A stretch of DNA of 52,447 nucleotides from Bacteroidota bacterium (GTDB taxonomy: Bacteria > Bacteroidota > Bacteroidia > Palsa-948). Shown here one piece after another: positions 35,648 through 46,220 of the stretch. The notes beneath the pieces were generated by a model that was not told where the DNA came from, did not search any database, and was given only the letters and a program-made list of their open reading frames with translations. The stretch lies in NCBI GenBank assembly GCA_043804035.1, contig JAZDJJ010000144.1, forward strand, positions 1 to 52,447. The letters run 5' to 3'. The position numbers were made by a program, and so were the translations under genes. Position 1 is the stretch's first letter; each line of letters begins with the position of its first letter.

Positions 35648-37063
35648 ATGAAATATAAATTACATACAAATCATAAAAAATTTCTTGCCGACATTTATAC
35701 TCCGGTAGGAATTTATCTGAAACTCCGCGACAAGTTTCCGAATAGTATTTTGTTGGAGAGTTCTGATTATCATGGCAATGAGAATAGTTTTTCTTTCATC
35801 TGCTGTCAGCCAATTGCTACTATCAAAATAGAAAACGGAATAATCATAGAATCATTTCCTGATGATAAAATTGTAAAAACTCCGATTACAAAATCCATTT
35901 CCGTTTCTCAAAAACTATTTGAATTTGCATCAAGGTTTGAAATAATAAATTCTTCCACTTTGGAGAAGTTAGAAAGCAACTTTGGACTTTTTGGCTATAC
36001 TTCCTACGATGCGGTAAAATATTTTGAAGATATTGAAATCAATTCGCAAAAGAAAGAAGAAAAAGAAATTCCTGATTTGATTTATTCGGTTTACCGTTAT
36101 ACGATAGCGATAAATCATTTTAAAGATGAATTATTTTTATTTGAACATCTGATTGATGGCGAAAAATCTTCACTTGAAAATATGGAATCAATAATCAATC
36201 AACGCGAATTTGCACAGTATAAATTTTCGCTTTCAGGAGAAGAAGAATCAAGCCATTCAGATGAGGAATATATTGAAATGGTAAAAAAAGGGAAAGAGGA
36301 ATGTAAAAAGGGAAATGTTTTTCAGATTGTTTTGTCTAGGGAGTTTATGCAAAAATTCAGAGGAGATGAATTTAATTTGTATCGTGCTTTACGTTCGGTG
36401 AATCCTTCTCCATATTTATTTTATTTTGATTACGGAAATTTCAAAATCTTTGGCTCGTCTCCTGAATCGCAGTTGATAGTAAAAAATCATATCGGAACAA
36501 TTTATCCGATTGCCGGAACTTTCCACAGAACGAATGATGAGAAGCAAGATGCAAAACTTGCAAAAAAACTTCGCCATGATAAAAAAGAAAAATCCGAACA
36601 TGTGATGCTTGTTGATTTAGCAAGAAATGATTTAAGCAGAAATTGTTCAGATGTAAAAGTTGATGTGTTTGCCGAAACACAATATTACTCTCATGTGATT
36701 CATCTGGTTTCTAAAGTTTCCGGAAAGTTGAAATCAAACACAAACAGCATTCAGGTTTTTGCAAATACTTTTCCTGCTGGCACATTGAGTGGTGCGCCTA
36801 AAGTGAGAGCGATGCAGATAATTGATTTTTACGAAAATGACAGCCGCGGATATTATGGAGGATGCATTGGCTTCATCAGTTTTAACGGTAACTTTAATCA
36901 TGCAATTATCATTCGTTCATTTTTGAGTAAGAACAATAAATTATTTTACCGTGCAGGTGCGGGAGTAGTGATTGCATCAAAAGAAGAAAATGAATTGCAG
37001 GAAGTGAATAATAAACTAATGGCACTTAAATCGGCAATAGAATTGGCAAAAGAAATAATATAG
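35648..37063 (+). CDS. trpE: Anthranilate synthase component I
   Basis: 471 aa. NPSPYLFYF, TLSGAPKVRAMQII and GGCIGF motifs. Confidence 0.95.
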   Translation: MKYKLHTNHKKFLADIYTPVGIYLKLRDKFPNSILLESSDYHGNENSFSFICCQPIATIKIENGIIIESFPDDKIVKTPITKSISVSQKLFEFASRFEIINSSTLEKLESNFGLFGYTSYDAVKYFEDIEINSQKKEEKEIPDLIYSVYRYTIAINHFKDELFLFEHLIDGEKSSLENMESIINQREFAQYKFSLSGEEESSHSDEEYIEMVKKGKEECKKGNVFQIVLSREFMQKFRGDEFNLYRALRSVNPSPYLFYFDYGNFKIFGSSPESQLIVKNHIGTIYPIAGTFHRTNDEKQDAKLAKKLRHDKKEKSEHVMLVDLARNDLSRNCSDVKVDVFAETQYYSHVIHLVSKVSGKLKSNTNSIQVFANTFPAGTLSGAPKVRAMQIIDFYENDSRGYYGGCIGFISFNGNFNHAIIIRSFLSKNNKLFYRAGAGVVIASKEENELQEVNNKLMALKSAIELAKEII

Positions 37064-37091
37064 AGCAAATATTCATAACTCGCAAATTTAT

Positions 37092-37664
37092 ATGGCTATG
37101 AAAATTCTTGTTTTTGATAATTACGATTCGTTCACTTACAACCTTGTTCACTATCTTGAAAAAGTGAGCGATGCAAAAGTGGATGTAATCCGCAACGATA
37201 AAATTTCTCTTGAAGAAATAAATAAATATGACAAGATTCTTCTTTCTCCGGGACCAGGTATTCCAAGTGAAGCAGGAATTCTTTTAGATGTAATTCGCAA
37301 TTACGCTCCGAAGAAAAGCATTTTTGGTGTTTGTCTTGGTCAGCAAGCAATTGGAGAAGTTTTTGGAGGGAGATTAGTTAATCTTGATTCGGTTTATCAT
37401 GGTGTAGCAACAGAAATGGAGATAGTAAAAGATGATGTGTTGTTCAAAGGGATTCCAAAAAAATTCAAAGCCGGACGTTATCATTCATGGGTAGTTGATG
37501 AGAAAAATTTTCCAAGCGAATTAGAAATTACTGTGAAAGATAAAAATGGATATGTAATGGGATTACGTCATAAAAAATTTGATGTTCGCGGTGTGCAGTT
37601 TCATCCCGAAAGTGTTTTAACTGAACACGGATTGAAGATGATAAAGAACTGGACATCCTATTAA
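37092..37664 (+). CDS. trpG: Anthranilate synthase component II (glutamine amidotransferase)
   Basis: 190 aa. DNYDSFTYNL, catalytic GVCLGQQ, and VQFHPES. Confidence 0.95.
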   Translation: MAMKILVFDNYDSFTYNLVHYLEKVSDAKVDVIRNDKISLEEINKYDKILLSPGPGIPSEAGILLDVIRNYAPKKSIFGVCLGQQAIGEVFGGRLVNLDSVYHGVATEMEIVKDDVLFKGIPKKFKAGRYHSWVVDEKNFPSELEITVKDKNGYVMGLRHKKFDVRGVQFHPESVLTEHGLKMIKNWTSY

Positions 37665-37675
37665 TTAGCAGAGCG

Positions 37676-38656
37676 ATGAAAAACATTTTAAACATATTAT
37701 TTGAACACAAAACACTTTCTTACGAACAAGCGAAAGAAGTGCTGATAAATATTGCATCTGCGAAATATAATTTTTCGCAAGTAGCAGCATTTATGTCAGT
37801 GTTTTTGATGCGTCCAATTACTGTGGAAGAATTATCTGGTTTTAGAGATGCGATGTTGGATTTGTGTTTAAGAATTGATTTTGATACTAATGAAACCATT
37901 GACATTGTCGGGACAGGCGGTGATAAAAAAAATACTTTTAATATTTCCACGCTCTCTTGTTTTGTTGCAGCAGGAGCAGGAATAAAAATTACTAAGCATG
38001 GCAATTACGGAGTGAGTTCGGTGAGCGGGTCCTCAAATGTTTTAGAGGCAATCGGTTATAAATTCACAAATGACAAAAATATTTTACAGAAGCAATTGGA
38101 TGAAGCAGGATTATGTTTCATGCATGCACCATTGTTTCACCCTGCTATGAAAAATGTTGCACCAATTAGAAAAGAACTTGGCGTACGAACTTTTTTCAAT
38201 ATACTCGGACCAATTGTGAATCCCTGTTTTCCAAAATATCAATTGCTCGGTGTCTACAATTTAGAAATAGCTCGCTTGTACAATTATCTTTTGCAAAATA
38301 CTTTGAATGAATATGTAATTGTTTACTCATTTGATGGATATGATGAAATTTCTCTCACGGGAAATTATAAAATAATTTTAAGAGATAAAGAGCAGATTAT
38401 TGAACCGAAAATAAAACTGAAGCAGAAAGATTTGTTTGGAGGAAAATCAGTAGATGAGTCAGCAAAAATATTTATTAACATTTTGAAAGGCGAAGGAACC
38501 AAAGCGCAAAATGAAGTGGTGATGGCAAATGCAGGAATGGCAATTTATTGTGTGAAGAAAAATTCATTAAATGATTGTATTGCCGAAGCAAGAGAATCTC
38601 TTGAATCAAAAAAAGCATTTACCATTTATAAAAAACTAATTGACTCTAATTTGTAA
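37676..38656 (+). CDS. trpD: Anthranilate phosphoribosyltransferase
   Basis: 326 aa. DIVGTGGDKKNTFNIST, KHGN and FFNILGP. Confidence 0.95.
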   Translation: MKNILNILFEHKTLSYEQAKEVLINIASAKYNFSQVAAFMSVFLMRPITVEELSGFRDAMLDLCLRIDFDTNETIDIVGTGGDKKNTFNISTLSCFVAAGAGIKITKHGNYGVSSVSGSSNVLEAIGYKFTNDKNILQKQLDEAGLCFMHAPLFHPAMKNVAPIRKELGVRTFFNILGPIVNPCFPKYQLLGVYNLEIARLYNYLLQNTLNEYVIVYSFDGYDEISLTGNYKIILRDKEQIIEPKIKLKQKDLFGGKSVDESAKIFINILKGEGTKAQNEVVMANAGMAIYCVKKNSLNDCIAEARESLESKKAFTIYKKLIDSNL

Positions 38657-38667
38657 TTCATAGTACT

Positions 38668-39480
38668 ATGAACATACTTAACAAAATAATCGGGCATAAG
38701 AAAAAGGAAGTTGCTGAGAAAAAATCACTTTACCCAGTAAAACTTTTGGAAAAATCCATTTACTTCAATTCTCCGACTGTGTCGTTGAAGAAATATCTTT
38801 TGCGTAAAGATAAGGTTGGCATCATTGCAGAATTCAAACGCAAATCACCATCAAAAGGAATTATTAATCAATATACACCTATTGATCGTACTTCAATTGG
38901 ATATATGCAGGCAGGAGCAAGTGCGTTATCGGTTTTGACAGATTTTGAATTTTTTGGAGGAAAGAATAATGACTTGATTACGGCACGAAAATTTAATTAC
39001 TGCCCGATTCTCCGAAAGGATTTTATCATTGACGAATATCAAATCATTGAAGCAAAATCAATTGGTGCTGATGCGATTCTTTTATTGGCGAATGTTTTAT
39101 CTGCGAAAGAAATAAAAATATTTACGAAAATTGCAAAGTCGTTTGGAATGGATGTCTTGCTTGAAATCAAAGACAAACAGGAATTAAAATCCATAAATGA
39201 TAATGTTGATGCTATCGGTGTTAACAATCGTAATCTAAAAGATTTTTCTCTGAATGTGAAGCAATCATTTGATTTGGTGGATTTAATTCCAAATGATTTT
39301 GTAAAAATTTCTGAAAGCGGAATAGATTCAGTAAAAATAATTAATGAGTTGAAAGATGCTGGATTCAATGGATTTCTCATAGGAGAAACGTTTATGAAAC
39401 ACAGTCGTCCAGAAATTGCTTGTGCAAATTTTATTCGTTCATTACTAATAACGAATGAGCGAATTACGAATAAATCATAA
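38668..39480 (+). CDS. trpC: Indole-3-glycerol phosphate synthase
   Basis: 270 aa. IIAEFKRKSPSKG, LRKDFIID and GVNNRNL. The last ~12 codons (…LLITNERITNKS) run into heptamer-repeat-like DNA. Confidence 0.9.
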   Translation: MNILNKIIGHKKKEVAEKKSLYPVKLLEKSIYFNSPTVSLKKYLLRKDKVGIIAEFKRKSPSKGIINQYTPIDRTSIGYMQAGASALSVLTDFEFFGGKNNDLITARKFNYCPILRKDFIIDEYQIIEAKSIGADAILLLANVLSAKEIKIFTKIAKSFGMDVLLEIKDKQELKSINDNVDAIGVNNRNLKDFSLNVKQSFDLVDLIPNDFVKISESGIDSVKIINELKDAGFNGFLIGETFMKHSRPEIACANFIRSLLITNERITNKS

Positions 39481-39547
39481 CCATATCGTTCATAATAAAT
39501 TAATTCGTTCCACCAAATCGGGATTAGAAATAATAATTCATAGGATT

Positions 39548-40180
39548 ATGAAACTGAAAATTTGCGGAATGAAATATGCCGATAACATCAGAGAGGTTGC
39601 AAAACTTTCTCCCGATTTTATGGGTTTTATTTTTTATCCTTACTCAAAAAGATTTGTCGGATATAATTTTGTGATGCCTGAAATTACTTTTTCAATTAAA
39701 AAAGTCGGAGTGTTTGTAAATGATTCAATAGAAAACATTCTCAATAAAGTAAAAAAATACAAACTTGATTTTGTACAACTGCATGGAAATGAATCAGTTG
39801 AATTTTGTAAAAGAACAGGAGAGAAAGTAAAAATTATAAAAGCATTTGGTATTGATGAACAATTTAATTTTTCTGCTTTGAATGAATACGAAAACTGTTG
39901 TGAATATTTTTTGTTAGATACGAAAACAAAAGAGTATGGAGGAAGTGGAAAAAGTTTTGACAAAAATTTCTTGAAACATTATAAGTCACAAAAACCATTT
40001 TTTCTCAGCGGGGGAATTGATTTAGAAGAAGTATCAATACTCAATACTTCAAATCTGTTTGCAATTGATGTAAACAGCAAATTTGAAATCAGTCCGGGAG
40101 TGAAAGATATTAATAAATTATCTCTGCTAATTATGAATATGCAAATTACGAATAAGGATAGAACAATTCGTAATTCGTAA
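39548..40180 (+). CDS. trpF: Phosphoribosylanthranilate isomerase
   Basis: I prefer the start [10 protein letters not shown] at 39548, since the tracked 39455 start adds 31 aa read from repeat-like DNA. QLHG and FLSGGI are present. The C-terminal ~15 codons (…[16 protein letters not shown]) run through a repeat hairpin. Confidence 0.85.
   Translation: MKLKICGMKYADNIREVAKLSPDFMGFIFYPYSKRFVGYNFVMPEITFSIKKVGVFVNDSIENILNKVKKYKLDFVQLHGNESVEFCKRTGEKVKIIKAFGIDEQFNFSALNEYENCCEYFLLDTKTKEYGGSGKSFDKNFLKHYKSQKPFFLSGGIDLEEVSILNTSNLFAIDVNSKFEISPGVKDINKLSLLIMNMQITNKDRTIRNS
40144..40175. repeat. Perfect 10-bp hairpin built from opposed heptamer-family units (AATTACGAAT / ATTCGTAATT)
   Basis: Arms at 40144-40153 and 40166-40175 with a 12-nt loop. 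It lies at the extreme 3' end of trpF, 23 nt before the trpB start. Confidence 0.8.
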
Positions 40181-40197
40181 AAACAAAACAATTAGAA

Positions 40198-41382
40198 ATG
40201 AAATATCAAATTGACAAAAAAGGATATTATGGCAATTTCGGTGGAGCATACATTCCTGAGATGCTCGTGCCGAATGTGGAAGAACTCAAAGAGAATTATT
40301 TGAAAATTATTTCTTCGGAAAAATTTCAGAATGAGTTTCGGGATTTGCTTCGCAATTATGCGGGCAGACCCACACCTTTATATTTCGCAAAACGATTATC
40401 TGAAAAATACAAGACAAATATTTTTCTCAAACGTGAGGACTTACTTCACACAGGCGCTCATAAAATTAACAATACGCTCGGGCAAATTCTTCTTGCAAAA
40501 AAATTAAACAAAACCAGAATTATTGCTGAAACAGGAGCAGGTCAGCACGGAGTGGCAACTGCTACGGTTTGCGCGTTGATGGGATTGGAATGCATAGTAT
40601 ATATGGGTGATGTGGATATTGAACGTCAATCTCCTAATGTATCGCGTATGAAATTACTCGGAGCAAAAGTTGTTTCTGTAAAATCAGGAAGCCAAACATT
40701 AAAAGATGCTACCAATGAAGCAATTCGCGATTGGATAAATAATCCTGTGAATACACATTATATTATCGGTTCAGTGGTTGGTCCGCATCCGTATCCCGAT
40801 ATGGTGGCGAAGTTTCAAAGTATAATTAGTGAAGAAATAAAAAAACAGTTGAGAGAAAAACTCAGAAAAGAAAATCCTGATTATATTGTTGCATGTGTGG
40901 GAGGTGGAAGTAATGCTATCGGTGCGTTCTATCATTTTTTAGATAATGAACGAGTGAAATTGATTGCAGTGGAAGCCGCAGGAAAAGGAGTAGAATCGGG
41001 GTACACTGCTGCTACGATGGTGAAAGGAAAGCCAGGAATTATTCACGGAAGCAAAACAATGTTGATGCAGAACGATGATGGACAAATTATTGAGCCATAT
41101 AGCATTTCGGCAGGATTAGATTATCCGGGAGTTGGACCTGTTCATTCGCATTTGTTTGAAACGAAACGAGTGAAGTATGTGAATGCAACTGATGATGAAG
41201 CGTTGCGGGCAGGATTTCTTCTTGCGAAATTAGAAGGAATAATTCCTGCCCTTGAAAGTGCGCACGCTTTGGCATATCTGGAAAAACTACAAGTAAAAAA
41301 AAATGATATTGTGATAGTAAATTTGTCGGGAAGAGGAGATAAAGATTTGGCAACTTATATAAAAAAATATGAGCAAAAATAA
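40198..41382 (+). CDS. trpB: Tryptophan synthase beta chain
   Basis: 394 aa. HTGAHKINN (PLP lysine) and GGGSNAIG. Confidence 0.97.
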   Translation: MKYQIDKKGYYGNFGGAYIPEMLVPNVEELKENYLKIISSEKFQNEFRDLLRNYAGRPTPLYFAKRLSEKYKTNIFLKREDLLHTGAHKINNTLGQILLAKKLNKTRIIAETGAGQHGVATATVCALMGLECIVYMGDVDIERQSPNVSRMKLLGAKVVSVKSGSQTLKDATNEAIRDWINNPVNTHYIIGSVVGPHPYPDMVAKFQSIISEEIKKQLREKLRKENPDYIVACVGGGSNAIGAFYHFLDNERVKLIAVEAAGKGVESGYTAATMVKGKPGIIHGSKTMLMQNDDGQIIEPYSISAGLDYPGVGPVHSHLFETKRVKYVNATDDEALRAGFLLAKLEGIIPALESAHALAYLEKLQVKKNDIVIVNLSGRGDKDLATYIKKYEQK

Positions 41383-42172
41383 AATTGATACTCTATTTAA
41401 CAAACCGCTTTCCACTTTCCGGAGAAAAGGAAATGAGATGAAGAAAAATATTTTTTCTATTTATTTTACTGCAGGTTTTCCGAATTTAAAAGACACAAAT
41501 TTGATTTTGAATGAACTGGAAAAAACCGGAGCAGATATGATTGAAATCGGAATGCCATTCTCCGACCCATTAGCAGACGGACCAATTATTCAGCACTCAA
41601 ACAAAGTTGCTCTTAAGAACGGAATGAATCTTAAACTACTTTTTAAACAACTGTCAACTGCCAACTGCCAACTACCAATTCTTTTAATGGGTTACTTAAA
41701 TCCTGTTCTGCAATTTGGTGTGAAGAGTTTTTGCAAATGCGCAAGTGAAGTGGGAGTCAGCGGAGTAATCATTCCCGATTTACCGATGGAGGAATATCTT
41801 AATGATTACAAATTTATTTTTAATAAATATGATATAAAAAATATTTTTTTGATAACTCCACAAACATCCGAAGCAAGAATAAAAATGATTGACGATAATA
41901 CCGATGGATTTATTTATTTGGTTTCTTCTGCCAGCACTACCGGCACGAATACTGAAATGAATGACGAAAAAGAAAAATATTTTTCTCGGATAAAAAAAAT
42001 GAATCTTAAAAATCCTTTGATGATTGGGTTTGGGATTTCTAATAAAAAAAGTTTTGCGAAAGCATGTGAGTATGCAAACGGAGCGATTATCGGGAGTGCG
42101 TTTATCAGAGCAATTGAAAATAATAACAACTTAAATAAAAGCATCAATCATTTTATAAAAACAATACGATGA
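41369..42172 (+). CDS. trpA: Tryptophan synthase alpha chain
   Basis: 267 aa. KIDTLF…[26 protein letters not shown] and [10 protein letters not shown]. Overlaps trpB by 14 nt. Confidence 0.9.
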   Translation: MSKNKIDTLFNKPLSTFRRKGNEMKKNIFSIYFTAGFPNLKDTNLILNELEKTGADMIEIGMPFSDPLADGPIIQHSNKVALKNGMNLKLLFKQLSTANCQLPILLMGYLNPVLQFGVKSFCKCASEVGVSGVIIPDLPMEEYLNDYKFIFNKYDIKNIFLITPQTSEARIKMIDDNTDGFIYLVSSASTTGTNTEMNDEKEKYFSRIKKMNLKNPLMIGFGISNKKSFAKACEYANGAIIGSAFIRAIENNNNLNKSINHFIKTIR

Positions 42173-43188
42173 TAATTCAATTAGAGGAAAAACTATCTAA
42201 GAAAAAGAAAGAAAATATTCTTTCTAAAATAAAATCCATTGGTTACAAACCAACTGATGTAAAAACCCAGCGGGCAGAATATTTAGTATGTATTGGGAAA
42301 AAAGAATTTGATATACGTCTCATTGGTTCCCTTGAAGGTGTTCGGGATGTTCATCGTGTTTCCGATTCATATAAACTTGTTTCTAAAAAATGGAAAGTGG
42401 GTTATTCTACAATAAATCTTGGTGATGGAATTTCCATAGGAGGTAACGGGCTGAGTATCATGGCAGGACCTTGCAGTATTGAAAGCGAAGAGCAGATAAA
42501 AAAAATCGCTGCACATCTGAAGCAGAACGGAATAAAAATTATCCGTGGAGGAGTTTTCAAACCGCGCAGTTCGCCTTATGCATTTCGTGGAATTGGAATG
42601 GAAGGATTGAAAATGGTTCACCGTATTTGCAGTGAACACGGAATAAAAATCATTACCGAAGTGATGCAAGTTTCACAAATTGAACCGATGTATGATTATG
42701 TGGATATTTATCAAGTGGGTGCGCGTAATTCACAAAATTTTAATTTATTAGATGCACTCGGCAAGATAGATAAGCCCGTTCTGCTCAAGCGCGGAATGAG
42801 TGGAACAATTGATGAACTTCTGCAATCAGCAGAATATATTTTTTCTAACGGCAACGAAAAACTTTTGCTTTGCGAACGCGGAATCCGTACTTATGAAACT
42901 GCTTATAGAAATACTTTTGATATAAATGCTATTGCTGTTTTAAAAGAAAAGACACATCTGCCCGTGATTGCTGACCCTTCACACGGAATTGGTCTGCGCG
43001 AGTTTGTGCCTCATATTGCATTGGCTGCTGCTATCGCCGGCGCTGATGGAATTATTTACGAAGTGCACGAAAAACCAGAAGAAGCAATGAGTGATGGACA
43101 ACAGACCTTGAATTTTGCGGAGAGCAATGAATTAATTAGAAGATTAAATTCCTTATTTCAGTGTTCTACGATTGAACATCAAGTTTGA
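42169..43188 (+). CDS. 3-deoxy-7-phosphoheptulonate (DAHP) synthase, type I-beta with N-terminal ferredoxin-like regulatory domain
   Basis: 339 aa. About 80 aa of N-terminal extension, then MAGPCSIES, KPRSSPYAFRG, KRG and DPSHG. Its start overlaps the trpA stop (ATGA). Confidence 0.85.
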   Translation: MIIQLEEKLSKKKKENILSKIKSIGYKPTDVKTQRAEYLVCIGKKEFDIRLIGSLEGVRDVHRVSDSYKLVSKKWKVGYSTINLGDGISIGGNGLSIMAGPCSIESEEQIKKIAAHLKQNGIKIIRGGVFKPRSSPYAFRGIGMEGLKMVHRICSEHGIKIITEVMQVSQIEPMYDYVDIYQVGARNSQNFNLLDALGKIDKPVLLKRGMSGTIDELLQSAEYIFSNGNEKLLLCERGIRTYETAYRNTFDINAIAVLKEKTHLPVIADPSHGIGLREFVPHIALAAAIAGADGIIYEVHEKPEEAMSDGQQTLNFAESNELIRRLNSLFQCSTIEHQV

Positions 43189-43402
43189 AATAATTCAGAT
43201 TTAATCATTGCGTATTTCAAAAACATCCTAATGAAAAATTGGAACACGCACCAGTTGTTGATTGAATAGAAGAAAAAGATGAATTATAAATTGTTTAAAA
43301 CTGTCCCATCCTAAAATATATCAATATTTTCGACTACGCTCAATAATCATAAATTTGCAGACGGACACTAAAAAAAACTAATCACATCTTTATAGTCAAG
43401 AT

Positions 43403-44788
43403 ATGTTCTACGATATTATCATCATCGGCTCCGGACCTGGCGGATATGTTGCCGCCATTCGTGCTTCGCAACTTGGAATGAAAACTGCCATCGTTGAACA
43501 TGCTGAACTTGGAGGCATTTGTTTGAACTGGGGATGCATTCCCACCAAAGCACTTTTGAAATCTGCACAAGTGTTTGAATATTTGAAACATGCTTCCGAC
43601 TATGGAATAAAAGTGAATGGCAGCGAAATAGATTTTGCCACAGTGATAAAACGTTCTCGCGATGTAGCAAATGGAATGAGTAAAGGTGTTGGGTTTTTGA
43701 TGAAGAAAAATAAAATTGATGTGATAAAAGGATTTGGAAAAGTGAATACAGAAAAAAAAGTTGAAGTAAAAAATGACGCAGGGGAAACAACAATATACAA
43801 TTCAAAAAATATCATCATTGCCGTTGGCGCACACGCTCGCCAACTTCCGAATATTCCATTTACAGAAGGAAAAATTATCGGCTACCGCGAAGCAATGACT
43901 CTTCCGAACCTTCCAAAGTCAATGGTGGTGGTTGGTTCAGGTGCTATAGGAAGTGAGTTTGCTTATTTCTATTCAGCAATGGGAACAAAAGTTACACTTG
44001 TAGAATTCTTACCTGCTGTTGTCCCGCTTGAAGACGAAGACATTTCAAAACAATTAGAACGTTCATTCAAAAGAATGGGAATGACTGTGATGACTTCTTC
44101 CGAAGTTATTTCTGTAGATACAAAAGATATTTGTAAAGTAAAAATAAAAACTCCCAAAGGAGAACAAACCGTAGAGTGCGATATTGTTTTTTCAGCAGTG
44201 GGAATTGCTGCCAATTTATCAAATATTGGATTGGAAGAAGTGGGCATCGCTACCGACAAAGGAAAAATTCTTACCAATCAATATTATCAAACTAATATTC
44301 CGGGATATTATGCGATTGGTGATTGTGTTGGCGGACAAGCCCTTGCACATGTTGCATCAGCAGAAGGAATTATTTGTGTTGAAAAAATTGCGGGACATAA
44401 TCCCGAACCGCTTAATTACGACAACATTCCTTGCTGCACTTACACCTTGCCTGAAATTGCTTCTGTTGGCTACACCGAAAAACAGGCGAAAGAAAAAGGA
44501 TTTGAAATTAAAGCAGGAAAGTTTCCATTCTCGGCTTCGGGTAAAGCAAGTGCAGCAGGACACAGAGATGGTTTTGTAAAAATTATTTTTGACGCCAAAG
44601 ATGAAAAAATTCTTGGCGCACACATGATTGGCTACAATGTAACCGAAATGATTGCCGAAATTGTGGTTGCTCGCAAATTAAAAACCACAGGTAACGAAAT
44701 ATTAAGAAGTGTTCATCCGCATCCAACTATGTCAGAAGCAATAATGGAAGCAACAGCAAATGCTTATGGGGAAGCGATACATTTATAA
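43403..44788 (+). CDS. lpdA: Dihydrolipoyl dehydrogenase
   Basis: 461 aa. GSGPGGY, redox-active GGICLNWGCIPTK, and HPHPTMSE. Confidence 0.95.
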   Translation: MFYDIIIIGSGPGGYVAAIRASQLGMKTAIVEHAELGGICLNWGCIPTKALLKSAQVFEYLKHASDYGIKVNGSEIDFATVIKRSRDVANGMSKGVGFLMKKNKIDVIKGFGKVNTEKKVEVKNDAGETTIYNSKNIIIAVGAHARQLPNIPFTEGKIIGYREAMTLPNLPKSMVVVGSGAIGSEFAYFYSAMGTKVTLVEFLPAVVPLEDEDISKQLERSFKRMGMTVMTSSEVISVDTKDICKVKIKTPKGEQTVECDIVFSAVGIAANLSNIGLEEVGIATDKGKILTNQYYQTNIPGYYAIGDCVGGQALAHVASAEGIICVEKIAGHNPEPLNYDNIPCCTYTLPEIASVGYTEKQAKEKGFEIKAGKFPFSASGKASAAGHRDGFVKIIFDAKDEKILGAHMIGYNVTEMIAEIVVARKLKTTGNEILRSVHPHPTMSEAIMEATANAYGEAIHL

Positions 44789-44828
44789 ACTAATTTTTTG
44801 AAGTAGGAACTATCTTTTTTAAATTTTT

Positions 44829-45057
44829 GGTTACTATTTAGAATGGTTAACAAAAAAAATTTAATTCGTCAGGAGAAAATGGAAAATAGTATGGAAGCAA
44901 TGTGAAAAAAGAAAATAAAAAAAACCACTATCCGGACATTTCAATATCTGAATTTTTCTATTTTCTAATTACTTATTTCTTTTTTCTATACCATTTTCTG
45001 TTTTCACATAACCAAATACTTGTATTGAGCTTGCCGAAATAAATGACCTAACAGTAA
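44829..45057. repeat. Copy B (inverted) of the ~230-bp mosaic repeat
   Basis: Its reverse complement aligns with 16776-17010, including the 52-nt identical core at 44948-44999. Its last ~10 nt overlap the stop and final codons of the bioF-like gene. Confidence 0.8.
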
Positions 45058-46199
45058 CAATTTTTCACAATAGAAGTCAGTAGCCCATTCAAGTCCTGTT
45101 CTGTATTAAATGTGTGAAGACAAATCCGTATCCGTTCTTTTCCTTTTGGAACTGTGGGACTTAAAATTGGACGTACATCAAAGCCATCTCTTTGAATCAG
45201 GGAAGATAATCTTTTTGTGTTTTCATTTCCAACCGAAACAAGATATTGAACAGGACTAAAACTATTTCCAAAACCTAATGATTTATGTTCTTCTATATTT
45301 TGTTTAAATATCTTTATTAAGTTGTTGATATGCAGTATTTTATCTTTTGATTTTTTGAGTAATTCATAAGACGATTTTATTGCGATTAAATTATGAATCG
45401 GAAGTGCTGTTGTGTAAATAAACGAACGAGAAAAATTGATAAGAAAATTTCTAAGTGTTTGACTGCCCAAAACGATTGCTCCATGACAACCGAGTGCCTT
45501 TCCGAAAGTATGAACACGGGCAAAAACTTTTTCATAAAGATTCAATTCAACAACTCTTCCTTCTCCTTTACTTCCAAAAATTCCGGTAGCGTGTGCTTCA
45601 TCAACAATCAGATTTGTTTTATACTCTTCACACAAAGAAACAATTTCTTTCAGGGGAGCAAAATCCCCACCCATTGAGTAAACACTTTCAACAATAATAA
45701 AACATGATGAGTTTTCTTTTCTATTGTTTCGGAAAAATTTCTGACGCTCTTCAAGATGAATTAAATCATTATGGCGAAAAGGAAATGATTCTGCTTTGGA
45801 AAGACGAATCCCATCATAAATAGAAGCGTGAGAAAGTTCATCATATAAAATAATATCATTCTTCTGCGCCACAGAAGAAATCAAACCAATGTTAGCATCA
45901 TATCCTGAATTAAAAATCAATCCTGCTTCGGCTTTATGAAAACCGGCAATAAATGTTTCTAATTCTTCAGCATACTGAGAATTTCCTGTGAGAAGACGAG
46001 AACCAGTTGAACCAGAAAAATTGAATGTTGGATATTGAATAATTTCCGAATCAATAAGGTTTTTCAATTCTTTACATCTTGCAAAACCTAAATAGTCGTT
46101 AGAGCAAAAATCAATCAATTTACCAGAAGAAGAAAGGGAACGAAAATTTGCATTTTGCTTTCTTTCATCTAAATATTTTTGAAGGAATATATCTTTCAA
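45048..46199 (-). CDS. bioF: 8-amino-7-oxononanoate synthase-like PLP-dependent alpha-oxoamine synthase
   Basis: 383 aa. DEAHATG and HTFGKALG (PLP lysine). No other bio genes lie nearby, so a different acyl-CoA:amino-acid ligase role (KBL/SPT-like) cannot be excluded. Confidence 0.7.
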   Translation of the reverse strand: MKDIFLQKYLDERKQNANFRSLSSSGKLIDFCSNDYLGFARCKELKNLIDSEIIQYPTFNFSGSTGSRLLTGNSQYAEELETFIAGFHKAEAGLIFNSGYDANIGLISSVAQKNDIILYDELSHASIYDGIRLSKAESFPFRHNDLIHLEERQKFFRNNRKENSSCFIIVESVYSMGGDFAPLKEIVSLCEEYKTNLIVDEAHATGIFGSKGEGRVVELNLYEKVFARVHTFGKALGCHGAIVLGSQTLRNFLINFSRSFIYTTALPIHNLIAIKSSYELLKKSKDKILHINNLIKIFKQNIEEHKSLGFGNSFSPVQYLVSVGNENTKRLSSLIQRDGFDVRPILSPTVPKGKERIRICLHTFNTEQDLNGLLTSIVKNCYC

Positions 46200-46220
46200 G
46201 AAAAGGAATTTATAATTGAA

